A stretch of 64,000 nucleotides of DNA from Octopus vulgaris (taxonomy: Eukaryota), in contig OX597815.1 in NCBI GenBank assembly GCA_951406725.2, positions 37,510,001 through 37,574,000 of the forward strand. The letters are read 5' to 3'. Under the pieces are notes generated by a model that was given only the letters and a program-made list of their open reading frames with translations, made no database searches and was not told the DNA's origin. The translations under genes were made by a program, and so were the position numbers. Below, piece after piece: positions 28,217 through 40,769 of this stretch (positions within the stretch are counted from its first letter, which is position 1; every line of letters starts with the position of its first letter).

Positions 28217-28872
28217 TACCAGATGATATCAAAAAGTACCCGGACTAGATAGTTTTAATGAAATGTAACTGATTTACCTAAGTTTTAAAATCTTCACCTT
28301 CAAAATAGTCACCTTGCGCAGCAATACACCGTTCCCATCATTCCTGTCACTTTTGGAACCCGGCATGGAAGTTGTTTGTTGTAAGCGAGTCGAGGACCTT
28401 CTGTGATTCGCTCTTGATCTCGATAACAGTGTTAAAACGGCAATCATTGAGCTTCATTTTCATATTCAGGAAGGGATGGAAATCCGCAGGTGCTAAATCT
28501 GGCAAATAGGTTGGGAGTGGAAGCGATACCACGTTGGTTTTGGTGAGAAACTCACGACCCACTGGAAGCATTGCTTTGTTGCCATAATCTTGCCTAAGCA
28601 TGCTCAATGTTTCTGTAGCAGACTTCCCAAGTATAACGCAGAATTTCATGTTGGTTCATTGTTCAAAGTTCCTGTCAAGGACAAAAATCGCAGAGTACAG
28701 CATACGCATGATCACAAAAAACACAAATATCACAACTTGCGAAATAAACACAGTGATGTCACACGGTGCCTCATGACAGTCACTGCTAGCTCTCATTGTG
28801 CATGCAATCGTGTGCTGCTATCTGTTGGAACGCTACAGAACTATCCCGGGAACTTTTTGATACCACCTCATA
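28217..28872 (-). mobile_element. Internally deleted non-autonomous mariner
   Basis: Imperfect TIRs gatgatatcaaaaagtacccgga / tcccgggaactttttgataccacc. ORF 28347-28649 fuses the N-terminal KFCVILGKSATETLSML directly to the C-terminal YLPDLAPADF. Confidence 0.85.
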
Positions 28873-28979
28873 TGTTTACATTTGACAGAAGTTTTCTCTG
28901 GAATGTTTGGCCGATAACCTTTGTGTTGTTATCTGTATGTATGCATGCATATATCCATATATGGATATATGTATGTTTG

Positions 28980-28980
28980 T

Positions 28981-29029
<49 letters not shown>

Positions 29030-29081
29030 CATATACATACATACATATATATATATGTATATATGTATATATATATATATA

Positions 29082-29137
<56 letters not shown>

Positions 29138-29180
29138 TGTATGTATGTATGCAAGATTGTATGTGTGTATATATGTATGT
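28980..29180. repeat. (TA)n-rich microsatellite
   Basis: Directly visible. Confidence 0.95.
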
Positions 29181-30326
29181 GGATAAACGTCTCCAGTTAA
29201 CCTTCCTGGCGATTGTAAAATAGATGCTAAATTCATTAAGGGATGGATGACGGTGGAGAGCGAACAAGTGTCTGCATAATTTCATATATTGCGCTGACAC
29301 AAAGGCAAACATTATCAGTCAATTATCTCGATCGGCGACACGAGATACAATACAAATAACAGTAAGTAACATTTCATGTCTCTTGAAAAAGAAATTCCCA
29401 AAGAAAAACACAGGCTATTGACTTAAATGTCAAAAATGTCTTAAAACGGAAATCGTTATTTTCTGAATTAACTTCGAAGTGATGTAACACTAAAAAACTT
29501 AATGACAAAACGTACAGAGAAAAAAACTACGTGAAAACACAAAATTCAAGGCAAAACCACTTGAAATAGTTGTTATCAATTATGCTTAACAAGAACACAA
29601 AAATGATACAGAATCAAATAATTTTAGTATTTTTTTAATTTATTTATTCCTTTATTTATTTATTTATTTATTTATTTATTTGTGTTGATGGGTATAAATA
29701 TATTTTAAGCGACTTTCTTAAGGAGGAAAATTGTTTCTTCATATTTAGAAAATTTTAAAAATATATATTTCTTCTCAAAGGAATTAAACTTGGTAAGTTC
29801 CATCGATTTATAAATCGTTAAGTAGTGACAAGCAGATTTGTAAATTGTTATTGACAATGATAAATATACTATGCTGTGCAGACAGTTATGTCATGGTTTC
29901 GGTAACTTAGCAAGATATCATAAATGCGAATCCACACGCAAGGGCCTTTTATATACACACATTTATCCTTAGACATAATCATACTTACATGTATGCATAT
30001 ATACATTACACACACATGCATATATATGCATGTACGAATATGCATAGAAGCATTCATTTCCGTACTTCTGCATGCAGACATGTGTCACATCATATTGGCT
30101 GTATACATGCAAATATCCATATGTTATATATGTATGTGTGTCTGTAAGTGCGTTTGTGCTTGTCTGTGCTTATGTGTGTGTGTGTGTGTGTGTATGTGTG
30201 TATATACATACATACATATATATATATAACGGGAAGCTTTATGAAAATAAACAAAAGACGAAGGCAGGTGGAATACAAACAAACAATAGTATTAGTATAG
30301 CGCTCAGGAATATAAATAAAACAAGT

Positions 30327-30362
30327 CTTTTACGTTTCGAGCCTACGCTCTTCAACAGAAAG
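30327..30362 (-). ncRNA. Minimal type I hammerhead ribozyme (CUGUUGA core variant)
   Basis: Reverse complement: CTTT-CTGTTGA-A-GAGC(GTAG)GCTC-GAAACGT-A-AAAG. Perfect stem I and stem II, palindromic stem III ACGT, GUA site. Lies within a repeat spanning ~30230-30460. Confidence 0.75.
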
Positions 30363-30469
30363 ATACACAGAAAAGAAACACGGAGAGAAACAAGGAGAGA
30401 AAAAAAAATGCATGCATAAGCTAGCGAATCAACATGGCGATCTGATTCCGGCCAGAAGTCAAAGATGTA

Positions 30470-30665
30470 TATATGTTCTTATTTTTCAGTCATTTGACAG
30501 CTGCCTTGCTAGAGCACCGTCTTTAGTCGAGCAAATCAACCCCAGAACTTATTGTTTGTAAGCCTAGTATTTATTCTATCATTCTCTTTTGCCGAACCGC
30601 TAAGTTACGGGGACGTAAACACGCCAGCATCGGTAGTTTACGTGATGTTGGGGGAACAGACACAG
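30470..30665 (-). mobile_element. SINE (cagtcatttga...gccgaaccgctaagttacgggga family)
   Basis: Start resembles 45240-45290. Recognised as an abundant interspersed repeat type. Confidence 0.65.
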
Positions 30666-30814
30666 GGGGCTACACAGATTGGAGTAATCTCCAGTATAAA
30701 CAGCCGAAATTGCAGAGATAATCTAGAACTCGACTGAGGAAAGAAAACTCTGAATGACCACTCCTTATTTTCTTTGTATCGTCTATCTGAATGTTTTGCG
30801 TTCTTGTCCCCTTT

Positions 30815-30874
<60 letters not shown>

Positions 30875-31816
30875 CGGCGTACATACGCTTTGGTTTCGTA
30901 CATGTAAGTATATATTTACCTAAATCTTGTACGACTCTATTCTTTTATTCTTTCCTTGTTTATATCATCCCTTTCCCACTTACTTCGTTCATTCCACTCT
31001 TCGTTCTTCCGTTCCCCTTCTCTCACATTTCATTGCCTTCTCTTCATGCTCACTTTCCCTCCACTTTTCACTTCATTGTATCCCTGTCCTTTTTTCTCGC
31101 CCCTCCTTATTTCTTCTCTCCCTCGACCTCTACCCTCTCTCTTCCCTCCCCACGCGACCGGTGTTCAGCCAAGCCTAACTGTTCATGGGTCGGCCGCCAT
31201 CCGAGCAACATCTATATTCCTCCCTGTGCCTGTGAAATCTTGTATCCCTGCCGTAAAGCTTTACTTCCACACACGCCAGCTTTAATTCGTGTGTATGTGC
31301 GCGTGTAGACACCTACACACACACGCGCACATACACACACACACTCTCACAAGACAATGATAAAAAGAAATCCAGACAATTTTTTGAAAAATATCATTTT
31401 ACCCTTCTTGAAGTGACCAGCTGGGTTTGCCATTTCTAAAAGCCAAGAATCATTTACTATTGAAAGACTGACCAGCTGCAAAGATGTCAATACATTTTTT
31501 CTTCTTTCTCGCCTCCTTCCTTTCCTTCTCTTTTCCATTGACACTCCTTTCAGATACACATGCACACACACACATATACACCCCCACCCCCACACACACT
31601 CTCTCCCACTTTCTTCCCATTTCTCACCCCCTTGTACTATCTTATATCCCTCAATAATACTATAATACTATAAAAACAGACAAAATTTTGAAAAGTTCAA
31701 TCTAACGACTCCACTAGAATGGACGCAAGCGCTAATATATGATTTATAAAAACATGTGACATATTAATAAATATGTGTAAATATAAAACCATCAAGATTT
31801 CTGTGTACCTCATTTC

Positions 31817-31872
<56 letters not shown>

Positions 31873-31881
31873 GCAATACGA

Positions 31882-32871
31882 ATGCCTTGTTGTAGGGATA
31901 TCAACAATAGGCATAGTAACATTGATAATATATATGGCAATAGTGGAGTTCATCTAAACAATAATAATAATAAGAATAAGAATAACAATAAAGTCAGTAA
32001 TAAAACCAATCCAAAGGGGAATTCTAGGCATTATATTGACAATACTAAGAATAGAAAACATATGAGTTGGAAGAGTAATATGGTTTTTCCCCAAAATAAC
32101 AATTTGAGGAGTAATCCACATAGTGATGACGATACACTATGGCTAATAATACCATATGCAATGCAGATTAAAACGGATATAGTCAGAACAATACATAAAG
32201 TAATATATAGACTATTTACTAAGGGTAAGAATAAATATAGCCAAATAATTAACAAAAGAACTATTAGAATAGGACATAGTATCACAAATAATCTAGCCAC
32301 CATCATCTCCTCCTTCAACAAGAAATTAGATTGCTTCTATAATGATAGAAAGATAAACATGGGTAGTAGTGAAAATAAGTGCAATAATATCAACAGGAAT
32401 AGGGCTACGGGGATTTCTGCCAGGGTTGAATCTCCACAATCTGATAATGGCTGCAATTGCAGAAGCAAGAATCAATGTGTGTTTGGTAATAAATGCCTGA
32501 GGAGAGAGGTGGTTTACCAATGCACTGTAAATACACAATACAATAGCAGGGTGTACATTGGTGCGACTAAAAATAGTATAAAACAACGGCTAAACTATCA
32601 CAGATATACTTTTAAAAATAAAAATAGGATGAACTCTACGGGGTTAAGTACGTATATCTGGGAACTCAAGAGTAAAAACATAGATTTTAAATTAGAATGG
32701 GAAATACTAACATCTGCACCTGTATACAATAGTAGAAATAAAAAATGCTCTTTATGTATCAATGAAATCTTCTTCATCATCAAAGCCGGCCAACCCATTA
32801 TTAACAGCATTAATGAGCGAAATTTTTTTTGCCTTCACGAATTGGCGTACACTTTCTCTAGATTTAAATAA
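31882..32871 (+). CDS. Penelope-like element C-terminal ORF: linker plus intact GIY-YIG endonuclease (5'-truncated, RT absent)
   Basis: 329-aa open frame with CNCR..C...C, VVYQCTV..VYIGAT, KQRLNYH, LSTYIWELK, CSLCINE, IINS and CLH. Begins right after (TA)n at 31822-31870. Confidence 0.85.
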   Translation: MPCCRDINNRHSNIDNIYGNSGVHLNNNNNKNKNNNKVSNKTNPKGNSRHYIDNTKNRKHMSWKSNMVFPQNNNLRSNPHSDDDTLWLIIPYAMQIKTDIVRTIHKVIYRLFTKGKNKYSQIINKRTIRIGHSITNNLATIISSFNKKLDCFYNDRKINMGSSENKCNNINRNRATGISARVESPQSDNGCNCRSKNQCVFGNKCLRREVVYQCTVNTQYNSRVYIGATKNSIKQRLNYHRYTFKNKNRMNSTGLSTYIWELKSKNIDFKLEWEILTSAPVYNSRNKKCSLCINEIFFIIKAGQPIINSINERNFFCLHELAYTFSRFK

Positions 32872-33296
32872 CATCTAATTCTTCTACCAGTAATCTATTA
32901 GCATTCCTCTATATAGGACTGTACTATTGGTCCTTACAATTTATAATTTATAACTTTGTGTCTCCATGTGTGTATTCTATATTGATTGTTTCTGTCCCGA
33001 CTGAAAAATATACAAAAATATATAGTTATTCTGATATATACATGATATTCAGAACCCCACAGAGTCTTTTATCTGTGTAGGGTGTATAAGCGCATCATAT
33101 CTTAGGGTACTAGTTTGAGTTTTTGCTATACCAATATGTAATATGTGAGAGTCTATAATTAGTATAAGTTGTTTATCCCGATGAGCATATAAGGTTTTTT
33201 TTGTATTTTTTTTGTACGGTTGGTTTGTTGGGGGTTATTGTAACTCTGCTGCACAAGCGTGGGATCGGGTGGCGCTGCACCGGAGTTTGTGCGCCC

Positions 33297-33350
33297 GCGC
33301 ATGCATGCGCGAGCGCGTCCGCGCATGCATGCGCGAGCGCGTCCGCGCAT
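33297..33350. repeat. 24-bp CpG-rich tandem repeat (about 2 copies)
   Basis: gcgcatgcatgcgcgagcgcgtcc x2. Confidence 0.9.
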
Positions 33351-33612
33351 GTGCATCAACGTGTGCACTCTCGCGCGCTGCGTTTGCGGACTTTCGCGTG
33401 TACTTGTACGCGTGTTCTGGTGTACATCTCGGTGATCGTGTGTGCGTGTGGGCTCAGCCATGAATTCGCGTGTCCGTGCGGGGGCGTGCATGCACATGTA
33501 TGTGCATGTGGGTGCATTTCGGCGTATCCACTTATATTTTCTATATTAGGTTTATCTTTGTGCTCTTCTTAATTTGTATTCCATTTTATTTATCTATTTA
33601 TCTATACATGGA

Positions 33613-34758
33613 TATATATATAGAAAATAGTAAAAAGTGAAAAAACTACAGAAGGCTTGTTTTAAAAGGTTAAAAAATATATATTTGAGTCATTATGTCT
33701 GAAGAATGTTATATATTTTTTTCATACAATGACATAGTTTTTGAAGAAATTTTAATCTTTTAAAAAGCCTTCTGTAGTTTTTTCACTTTTTACTATTTTC
33801 TATATATTCAACCACGTGCTTTCACACACCAACTTTCTCACCTATATATTAAACACGTGAGACCGAAAATGTCACAGAATACCAATGCCTCGGATAAAAC
33901 TACAAATGAGGATATACTTAAAGAACTTAAAAGTATTAATGCACAGCTCATTACCTTAAACAACAAAATCGAGGACTCAAACCTACTCGCCCGGGAAAGT
34001 AAAAACAGTGAAGATACAACTCGCTACACAGACCAGGTTAGTAAGGATTTACAACTGTTATACACAACACTAAATTCAATTTTCATTAACAAATCCCACA
34101 ATAAACAACACACACCAAATGAATATTAAAAATTTCTTCAAAAACTATGTCATTGTATGAAAAACATTTATAATATTTTTCAGACATAATGACTCAAATA
34201 TATATTTTTTAACCTTTTAAAACAAGCCTTCTGTAGTTTTTTCACTTTTTACTATTTTCTATATATTCAACCACGTGCTTTCACACACCAACTTTCTCAC
34301 CTATATATTAAACACGTGAGACCGAAAATGCCACAGAATACCAATGCCTCGGATAAAACTACAAATGAGGATATACTTAAAGAACTTAAAAGTATTAATG
34401 CACAGCTCATTACCTTAAACAACAAAATCGAGGACTCAAACCTACTCGCCCGGGAAAGTAAAAACAGTGAAGATACAACTCGCTACACAGACCAGGTTAG
34501 TAAGGATTTACAACTGTTATACACAACACTAAATTCAATTTTCATTAACAAATCCCACAATAAACAACACACACCAAATGAATATTAAAAATTTCTTCAA
34601 AAACTATGTCATTGTATGAAAAACATTTATAATATTTTTCAGACATAATGACTCAAATATATATTTTTTAACCTTTTAAAACAAGCCTTCTGTAGTTTTT
34701 TCACTTTTTACTATTTTCTATATATTCAACCACGTGCTTTCACACACCAACTTTCTCA

Positions 34759-34767
<9 letters not shown>
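33613..34767. repeat. 459-bp tandem repeat (2.2 copies) preceded by an inverted partial copy
   Basis: Units start at 33765, 34224 and 34683. 33613-33756 is the reverse complement of ~34125-34265. Flanked by TA tracts. Confidence 0.95.
33869..34129 (+). CDS. Putative 86-aa coiled-coil ORF in tandem unit 1 (copy 2 at 34328-34588)
   Basis: ATG-initiated. Heptad pattern in ILKELKSINAQLITLNNKIEDSNLL. TATA-like and CACGTG motifs upstream. Confidence 0.35.
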   Translation: MSQNTNASDKTTNEDILKELKSINAQLITLNNKIEDSNLLARESKNSEDTTRYTDQVSKDLQLLYTTLNSIFINKSHNKQHTPNEY

Positions 34768-34815
<48 letters not shown>

Positions 34816-35963
34816 TTATTTATTTAATTATTTATTTTTGTTTATTTGGCACTTACTAACTTATAATCAATTTAATTTAATTTATAATTAATGAACTTAT
34901 ATCTAAGTTAATAGTAACTTCTGTTTACTTTTTGTGTATGTATATATACGTCTTTGGATGGGCAGACATATATTTTAATTTATGATTTACTGTATGTGGG
35001 TTGAGGTGTCGAGGTGTGTGAAAATGTGTATGTGTACGTATGTATGTTTTTGTACGTATAGGTATGTTCGTGGGTGGATGTACGGATGTATGTTTTTCTT
35101 ATACATATGAGTATGCAGGTGCGTATTTGGATATGTATATATGTATATGCAAATGTTTATTCATGGGAGGATATAAGTATAGGTTTTATTTGTACGTATG
35201 AGTGCGCAGACATATATATAAATATGTATATATGTGTGTGCGAATGTTCCCTGATACAGTATATGAGAGTGTATTAATATTTATGAGTATATGCGGATGT
35301 GCGTGTGAGTGTGTGTGTTAGTGTATAGACACTGCTGCCTGTACTGATTTGTCTATAAGCCATGCGATGACAGACATGCACTCTGTAATCTAGTGAATGT
35401 GTAGGGATGTGTCGGGGTGTATTCATGTGTGTGTGTGCATGTGTGTGTGGGTTTTTATGTGGACGTGTGGGTTTAGGGTTGGATGTGTATGTTTTTCTTG
35501 TGCGGTGTGGTGGAGGTCGGGCGGCTCTCAACGGACCAACCCTGAGGAAGACAATGATAATTTAAATTCAAATCCAATAGTGTATTTATATCATAAGGAA
35601 AATTACTAACTGGAACCCGGACATACATATGTGCCACTTCGGATCCTAATGTAAGCGTTATTAATAATATTATGAATGATAATAATGGTAGCATTAATGG
35701 TATTGACAACGATAATGATGCTAACTTTAATGACACTTTGGAAATTAGTAGGAAGGAATATGATGTACTATTGACTATGTATATTTGCATCTAGGTACTA
35801 ATATGTGTATGTTTATTATCACAATATTAAGTTGAAGAACTGAAACATTGAATATGGAACATATATATGTTTACTAATTTATATTATTCATTTACATTAT
35901 TATGTATATGTATATTTTTATATGTATAGAAGTGTGAGTATATGCACTCATATGTATATGTAT

Positions 35964-36090
35964 ATCTCCGAGGAGGCCTTATGATATTTTTGTAAATGTC
36001 TCATTTATATCTATATATTGACCTACCATAAAAGGCTAATATTGGTAAAATGAGACATACTTATCTACATGGCCAAAACAGCTGTAAGAT
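35964..36090 (+). ncRNA. Degenerate type I hammerhead with extended, branched stem II
   Basis: ATCT-CCGAGGA-GGCC-[~90 nt including atgtctcattt/aaatgagacat helix]-GGCC-AAAACAGCTGTA-AGAT. Two core substitutions. Confidence 0.6.
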
Positions 36091-36337
36091 GTAATCTATA
36101 CTTATATTTATATTTACTTATATTCATATTCTCTTTTTTATATATATTCTACTTATTATACAACATTACTCTTTTATGTACACTTTTTATGTACATTCCT
36201 TTATATACACTGATTTGTCCTGCTTTTTTATGTTTAACCCTACAGTCTCTTATGTGGTGGTTTACTAAAGTATGTGATCGAGTATTATCTGGTAATCGAT
36301 ATTTGATTTAGATGTATTTCTCCATTTTCTTATCTTG

Positions 36338-36387
<50 letters not shown>

Positions 36388-37400
36388 CATATATACATAT
36401 ATACATATATTTATGGATACTTATGTACATGCGTGTGGGTGTGTGTGTATGGATTGATGTATGGGTGGTTGTGTGTCTGTATCTTCAATATAATTTTTAA
36501 AATAAATGTTCTTTAGAAACTTCCGTTCATGCATACGCAATGAGATGCTGGCAGGAGCGATGCGTTCATGACCGGGCTATAGTTTATGCACATGCGCGAA
36601 CACAACAAACCTGTCATTTGAATTTCTGTTTGGCAAACATTGCATGTTAGAATATATTTACAACTTCTTTTACAGCATATGATTTATTCGCTTCTCTTTT
36701 TATTATTTAATATTCATTTATTCAATATTGTTTTTAACATAAAATCCGCCTTCTGTTAACTGCTTTTCAATATTTCCTGTCCTAAATTTTACATGTTTAA
36801 CTGTTGCTTTGCCGGCCTTTTACTAAGAATTAATATTTCATCCCTTGGCATACCTAGACATGTGAGTCCCCACCCAGCTTTCTTTCACATAATTTCCAGT
36901 AAAATGTCTATCTTTTTAATGAGATTTTCGCCAAATACACTTTAGAAGGTGTAGATTCAGATTATATTGGTGTATGCTGTGAAGAAATTTTTCCAGATCG
37001 AGTAAAGGTAAAACGTATGGTATTTCATCTATGATCGCGCAGTCTTTTCAGGAATATGTAATTTTTAAGATGCTGGGATCTTATTTTGAGGCTAATTCAG
37101 CTTTTTCTAGTAGGTAGAGCAACTTTTGCCCTTTCGATAACTCATTGTGTTAATTTAAATACAACACCGTCTTTTATAATCACAGGCTTGATGTAATTTT
37201 AAGTTTTAAAATTTCTACAAGTAAAGATTATTTCTCCGAACAATTGTTCCCATTGGTATAATTGTATGCCATTTTAGAAGATTACAATACATCAGATGTC
37301 TATTATTTTGAACTGAAATGGTTTTATTGAAATATTTCGTAATTTTAGGTTTTATACCACTGAAGGTGTGAGTCGTACCTAATGCATTTCTCACACTTAA

Positions 37401-37795
37401 GGCCGTGAGCTGGCAGAATCGTTAGCACACCGGGAAAATTGCCTTAACGGTATTTTGTCTGCCGTTACGTTCTGAGATCAAATTCCGCCGGGGTCGACTT
37501 TGCCTTTCATCCTTTCGGAGTCGATTAAGTAAGTACCAGTTACGCACTGAGGTCGATATCATCGACTTAATCCGTTTGTCTGTCCTTGTTTGTCCTCTCT
37601 GTGTTTAGCCCCTTGTGGGTAGTAAAGAAATAGGTATTTTGTCTGTCTGCACGCTCTGGGTTGAAATTCCACCGACGTCGACTTTGCCTTTCATCCTTTC
37701 GGTGGTCGATAAGTGCCAGTTGAACACTAGGGTCTATGTAATCGACTAGTACCTTCCCCAAAATTCCTGGCCTTGTGCCAAAATTTCAACCCAAT
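37401..37795 (+). mobile_element. Composite or nested SINEs (GAGCTGGCAGAA family)
   Basis: gtcgactttgcctttcatcctttcgg occurs twice (~37493 and ~37677). Confidence 0.85.
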
Positions 37796-38609
37796 ATTTC
37801 TTACACTTTTGTTCCATTTGATATTGCCGTCATTGACGAAGAATCAGCATTCATATATATCTAACTTACTAGAAATCAATATTCATAGTGAGGAAGGCGA
37901 GCAGAGTGATAATACTAGGACCGAGATAACCCAAATAGCATTGAAATTAATCATTTCAATGTTACATATTAGGAAAGATATCAGATGTGGCTTAATCAAT
38001 CTTTAGACTTCTACTGATTTCCGACACTTCTTAATAACCTAACAGATATAATATTTAGGTATAATATTAATACTGGAAAATTCATATTTAATGTTAGAAA
38101 TCATATCTCCTTTTGCGCGATGTGGAGAGGAGCGGTTAAGTATTTCATCGAACACATTTGCTAATAACTAGATAAAAGCTGAGATTTCTAAGGAATAGGT
38201 AAATTATCTTGACATGATAGACTGCTCTATTCATTGTTATCCTGTTTTTAATGCTTTCAAACATTTCTTTCAATTTCCCGATCGCAAATACACCTCATGC
38301 ATAGATAAGTTTATGTTTATGCAGGATGTGTGCTTCCTAACACATTCACACATACGCCATCATATGCTCTTATAGAGATATCAAATAAGTCATCCTCATA
38401 TCATAATTTTCCCGTTCATAGGGTAGATTTATCAGGAAACATGAAAGATTTCCTTTCATACGCAATTAATTTGAGGCCGAATTCATTGATTGATATGACA
38501 GGATATGCAAAGGCTCAATTTTTCAGGAGCTCAAGATAAAAGAATAAAAATTCTTTGATGTCAAATCGAACAAATTAAAACGTTGCATAACCAGACAAAT
38601 ATACAAATA

Positions 38610-38731
38610 TATATGCATACGTGTGTGTATGTATGTATGTATGTATGTATGTATGTATGTATGTATGTATGTATGTATGTATATGTACGTACGTTCGTAC
38701 GTACGTACATACGTATGTATGTATATATATA

Positions 38732-38792
<61 letters not shown>
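38610..38792. repeat. (TATG)n/(TA)n microsatellite
   Basis: Directly visible. Confidence 0.95.
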
Positions 38793-38796
<4 letters not shown>

Positions 38797-39611
38797 GGTA
38801 CGATGAATAAACTGTCGTGTAAATTACGCAAAAATGAAAAGAACACTCATAGACATCTTTTAACAGATATATTTACCTAAATTACATAAAAAATATCTTG
38901 AATTGAAATATAGCCTTTGGTTTCAAGCAGGACCTCCAGATGACTTCGGAATCTCCTACAACTCTTCTGGACGGTCTCTTTGTTTAAGTTTGTGAATGCT
39001 GCCATAATCCTTGCCTTCACTTCATCTTCAGTGTTACAAAGAGTTTTGTTTGTCTCTCACTCAACTGCACCCCACATATAATAATCAAAGGGGTTGCAAT
39101 CTTGGGAGTTAGGTGGCTAGATGTTAGGGATGATGTGGTCGCAGAAATTGTCTGACAGCCATAGGGTCTTCTAGCAGCCATCCTCTTGACTCAGGACAGA
39201 ACTACCTACTTAAGGCACTTGATGTAGGCCTCTGTGTTGAGTCTGAGGCCGTGTGGGAAGATGAACGGAGGCATAACGTCGCCATCAAGAGTCATCACTC
39301 CAGACACCATGATGTTATCTGGATGTTTGATTTTTATCACTCTCGGTATATGTCCTCAGATCGCACTGGCCTCAGATTGACACCGAAGCACTCTGAGATG
39401 TTCGTATGCGAGCGTCTGGCGCGAATGTCAAGCAGTACAGCATGTCGTTTCCAAGTTTCTGGCAGAATGAATTGCGTCATGGTGCTCCTTTTCTGACAGA
39501 CGGTGCCCAACCGACCCTACTATACTCTATATTCGACAAAATCAAAAGCAACAATGCGCATGCGCGAAATTAAAGATATAAGATGGCGGCAATTTATGCA
39601 TCGCAACCTGC
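38793..39611 (-). mobile_element. Deleted Tc1/mariner maT (DD37D-like) element
   Basis: TIR-like cagggtacgatgaataaactgtcg / cggcaatttatgcatcgcaacctg. Minus strand PPNSQDCNPFDYYMWGAVE..TNK. Confidence 0.8.
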
Positions 39612-39834
39612 ATATATGTACATATACATGCATATGCATGCATGTGTGCATATGTTTGTACAAGCTATGCTAAAATTTCCTAAGACATCAAAGATTTTTA
39701 TCCTTTTATCACAGAGTATGTATTCAAAACCTTGACCTTTACAAATATGGTGGCAACTTATGAATCCAGTATTATCACTGAAAGAAAATCTCTCTTGCTT
39801 ACACTGATTAACCCATATGAATAACAAACAACTA

Positions 39835-39903
39835 ATGATGATGATGATGATAAAGATAATGGCGATAATAATAGTAATAACAATAATAATAATAATAATA
39901 ATA

Positions 39904-39969
<66 letters not shown>

Positions 39970-39975
39970 GTAATA
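39835..39975. repeat. (GAT)n/(AAT)n microsatellite
   Basis: Directly visible. Confidence 0.95.
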
Positions 39976-40769
39976 CAGAGGTGTTATATTTGATATCTCT
40001 AAAGGAACATGTTTGAGACACATATCTTCTATATCTAAATTTTTGCTGCCGAAATAGGAAGATCTTACAGTGATAATGGCTTTTATCCTCACGCAATAAA
40101 GTGGACAGGAAGAAGATAGATTTAGGAAAGGTTGCATAAAGTTATTCAAAGAAATGATCTTACATTCTGCAATGGTTATGTATCTTATTATAATTTAATG
40201 TGTTAGAGATAACTTTAAATTTAGATACAAATATATTGAACCCCCCCCCCCCCCCCACAGTGAGTATAGTAAAATTGTATTACATGTAAATAAGACATCC
40301 AAATACCCACCAAGTATTTACGTAATTAATATAATCCTTAACATTAATATGTATGATCAAAGTCTTCTTATGAACTCATTTTTATCAGTGCCACTCTATA
40401 TTATAATGCCGCACTCCATCACAGTGGCTTCTCAGAGAAAATAAAATATTTGCTTAAATCTAATATTTCAAACCGTAAAAGTAGGCAACTGTTGTATGTT
40501 AAGTTTGAAATAGATTTAATTCTATGTTAGCAACTGAATACTCTCTTAACTGTCCACAGAGATAATATTTTTAAAAACCACCTGACTCTTTTCAAACTAA
40601 TGTTATAGAAAGATATCTTGAAATATTTCAATTACTACTGAGACTGAACAATTATATCAGTAAATTTCAAATATTATTGAAACGCACTTAGAAAAACTCT
40701 TGATAAGAAAAGTGCACTATTTACTCTTTTCCAGCGAAAGTGTTTGATCGATTCTAACGCCAAGTTCTG

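Noticed and set aside
33765-34767. Tandem unit as a CRISPR array or viral (p10-like) gene
   Set aside because: There is no repeat-spacer structure, the context is eukaryotic, and a generic coiled coil with no other viral genes is insufficient.
36740-37380. Possible non-autonomous DNA transposon
   Set aside because: I could not identify TIRs or a TSD by eye.
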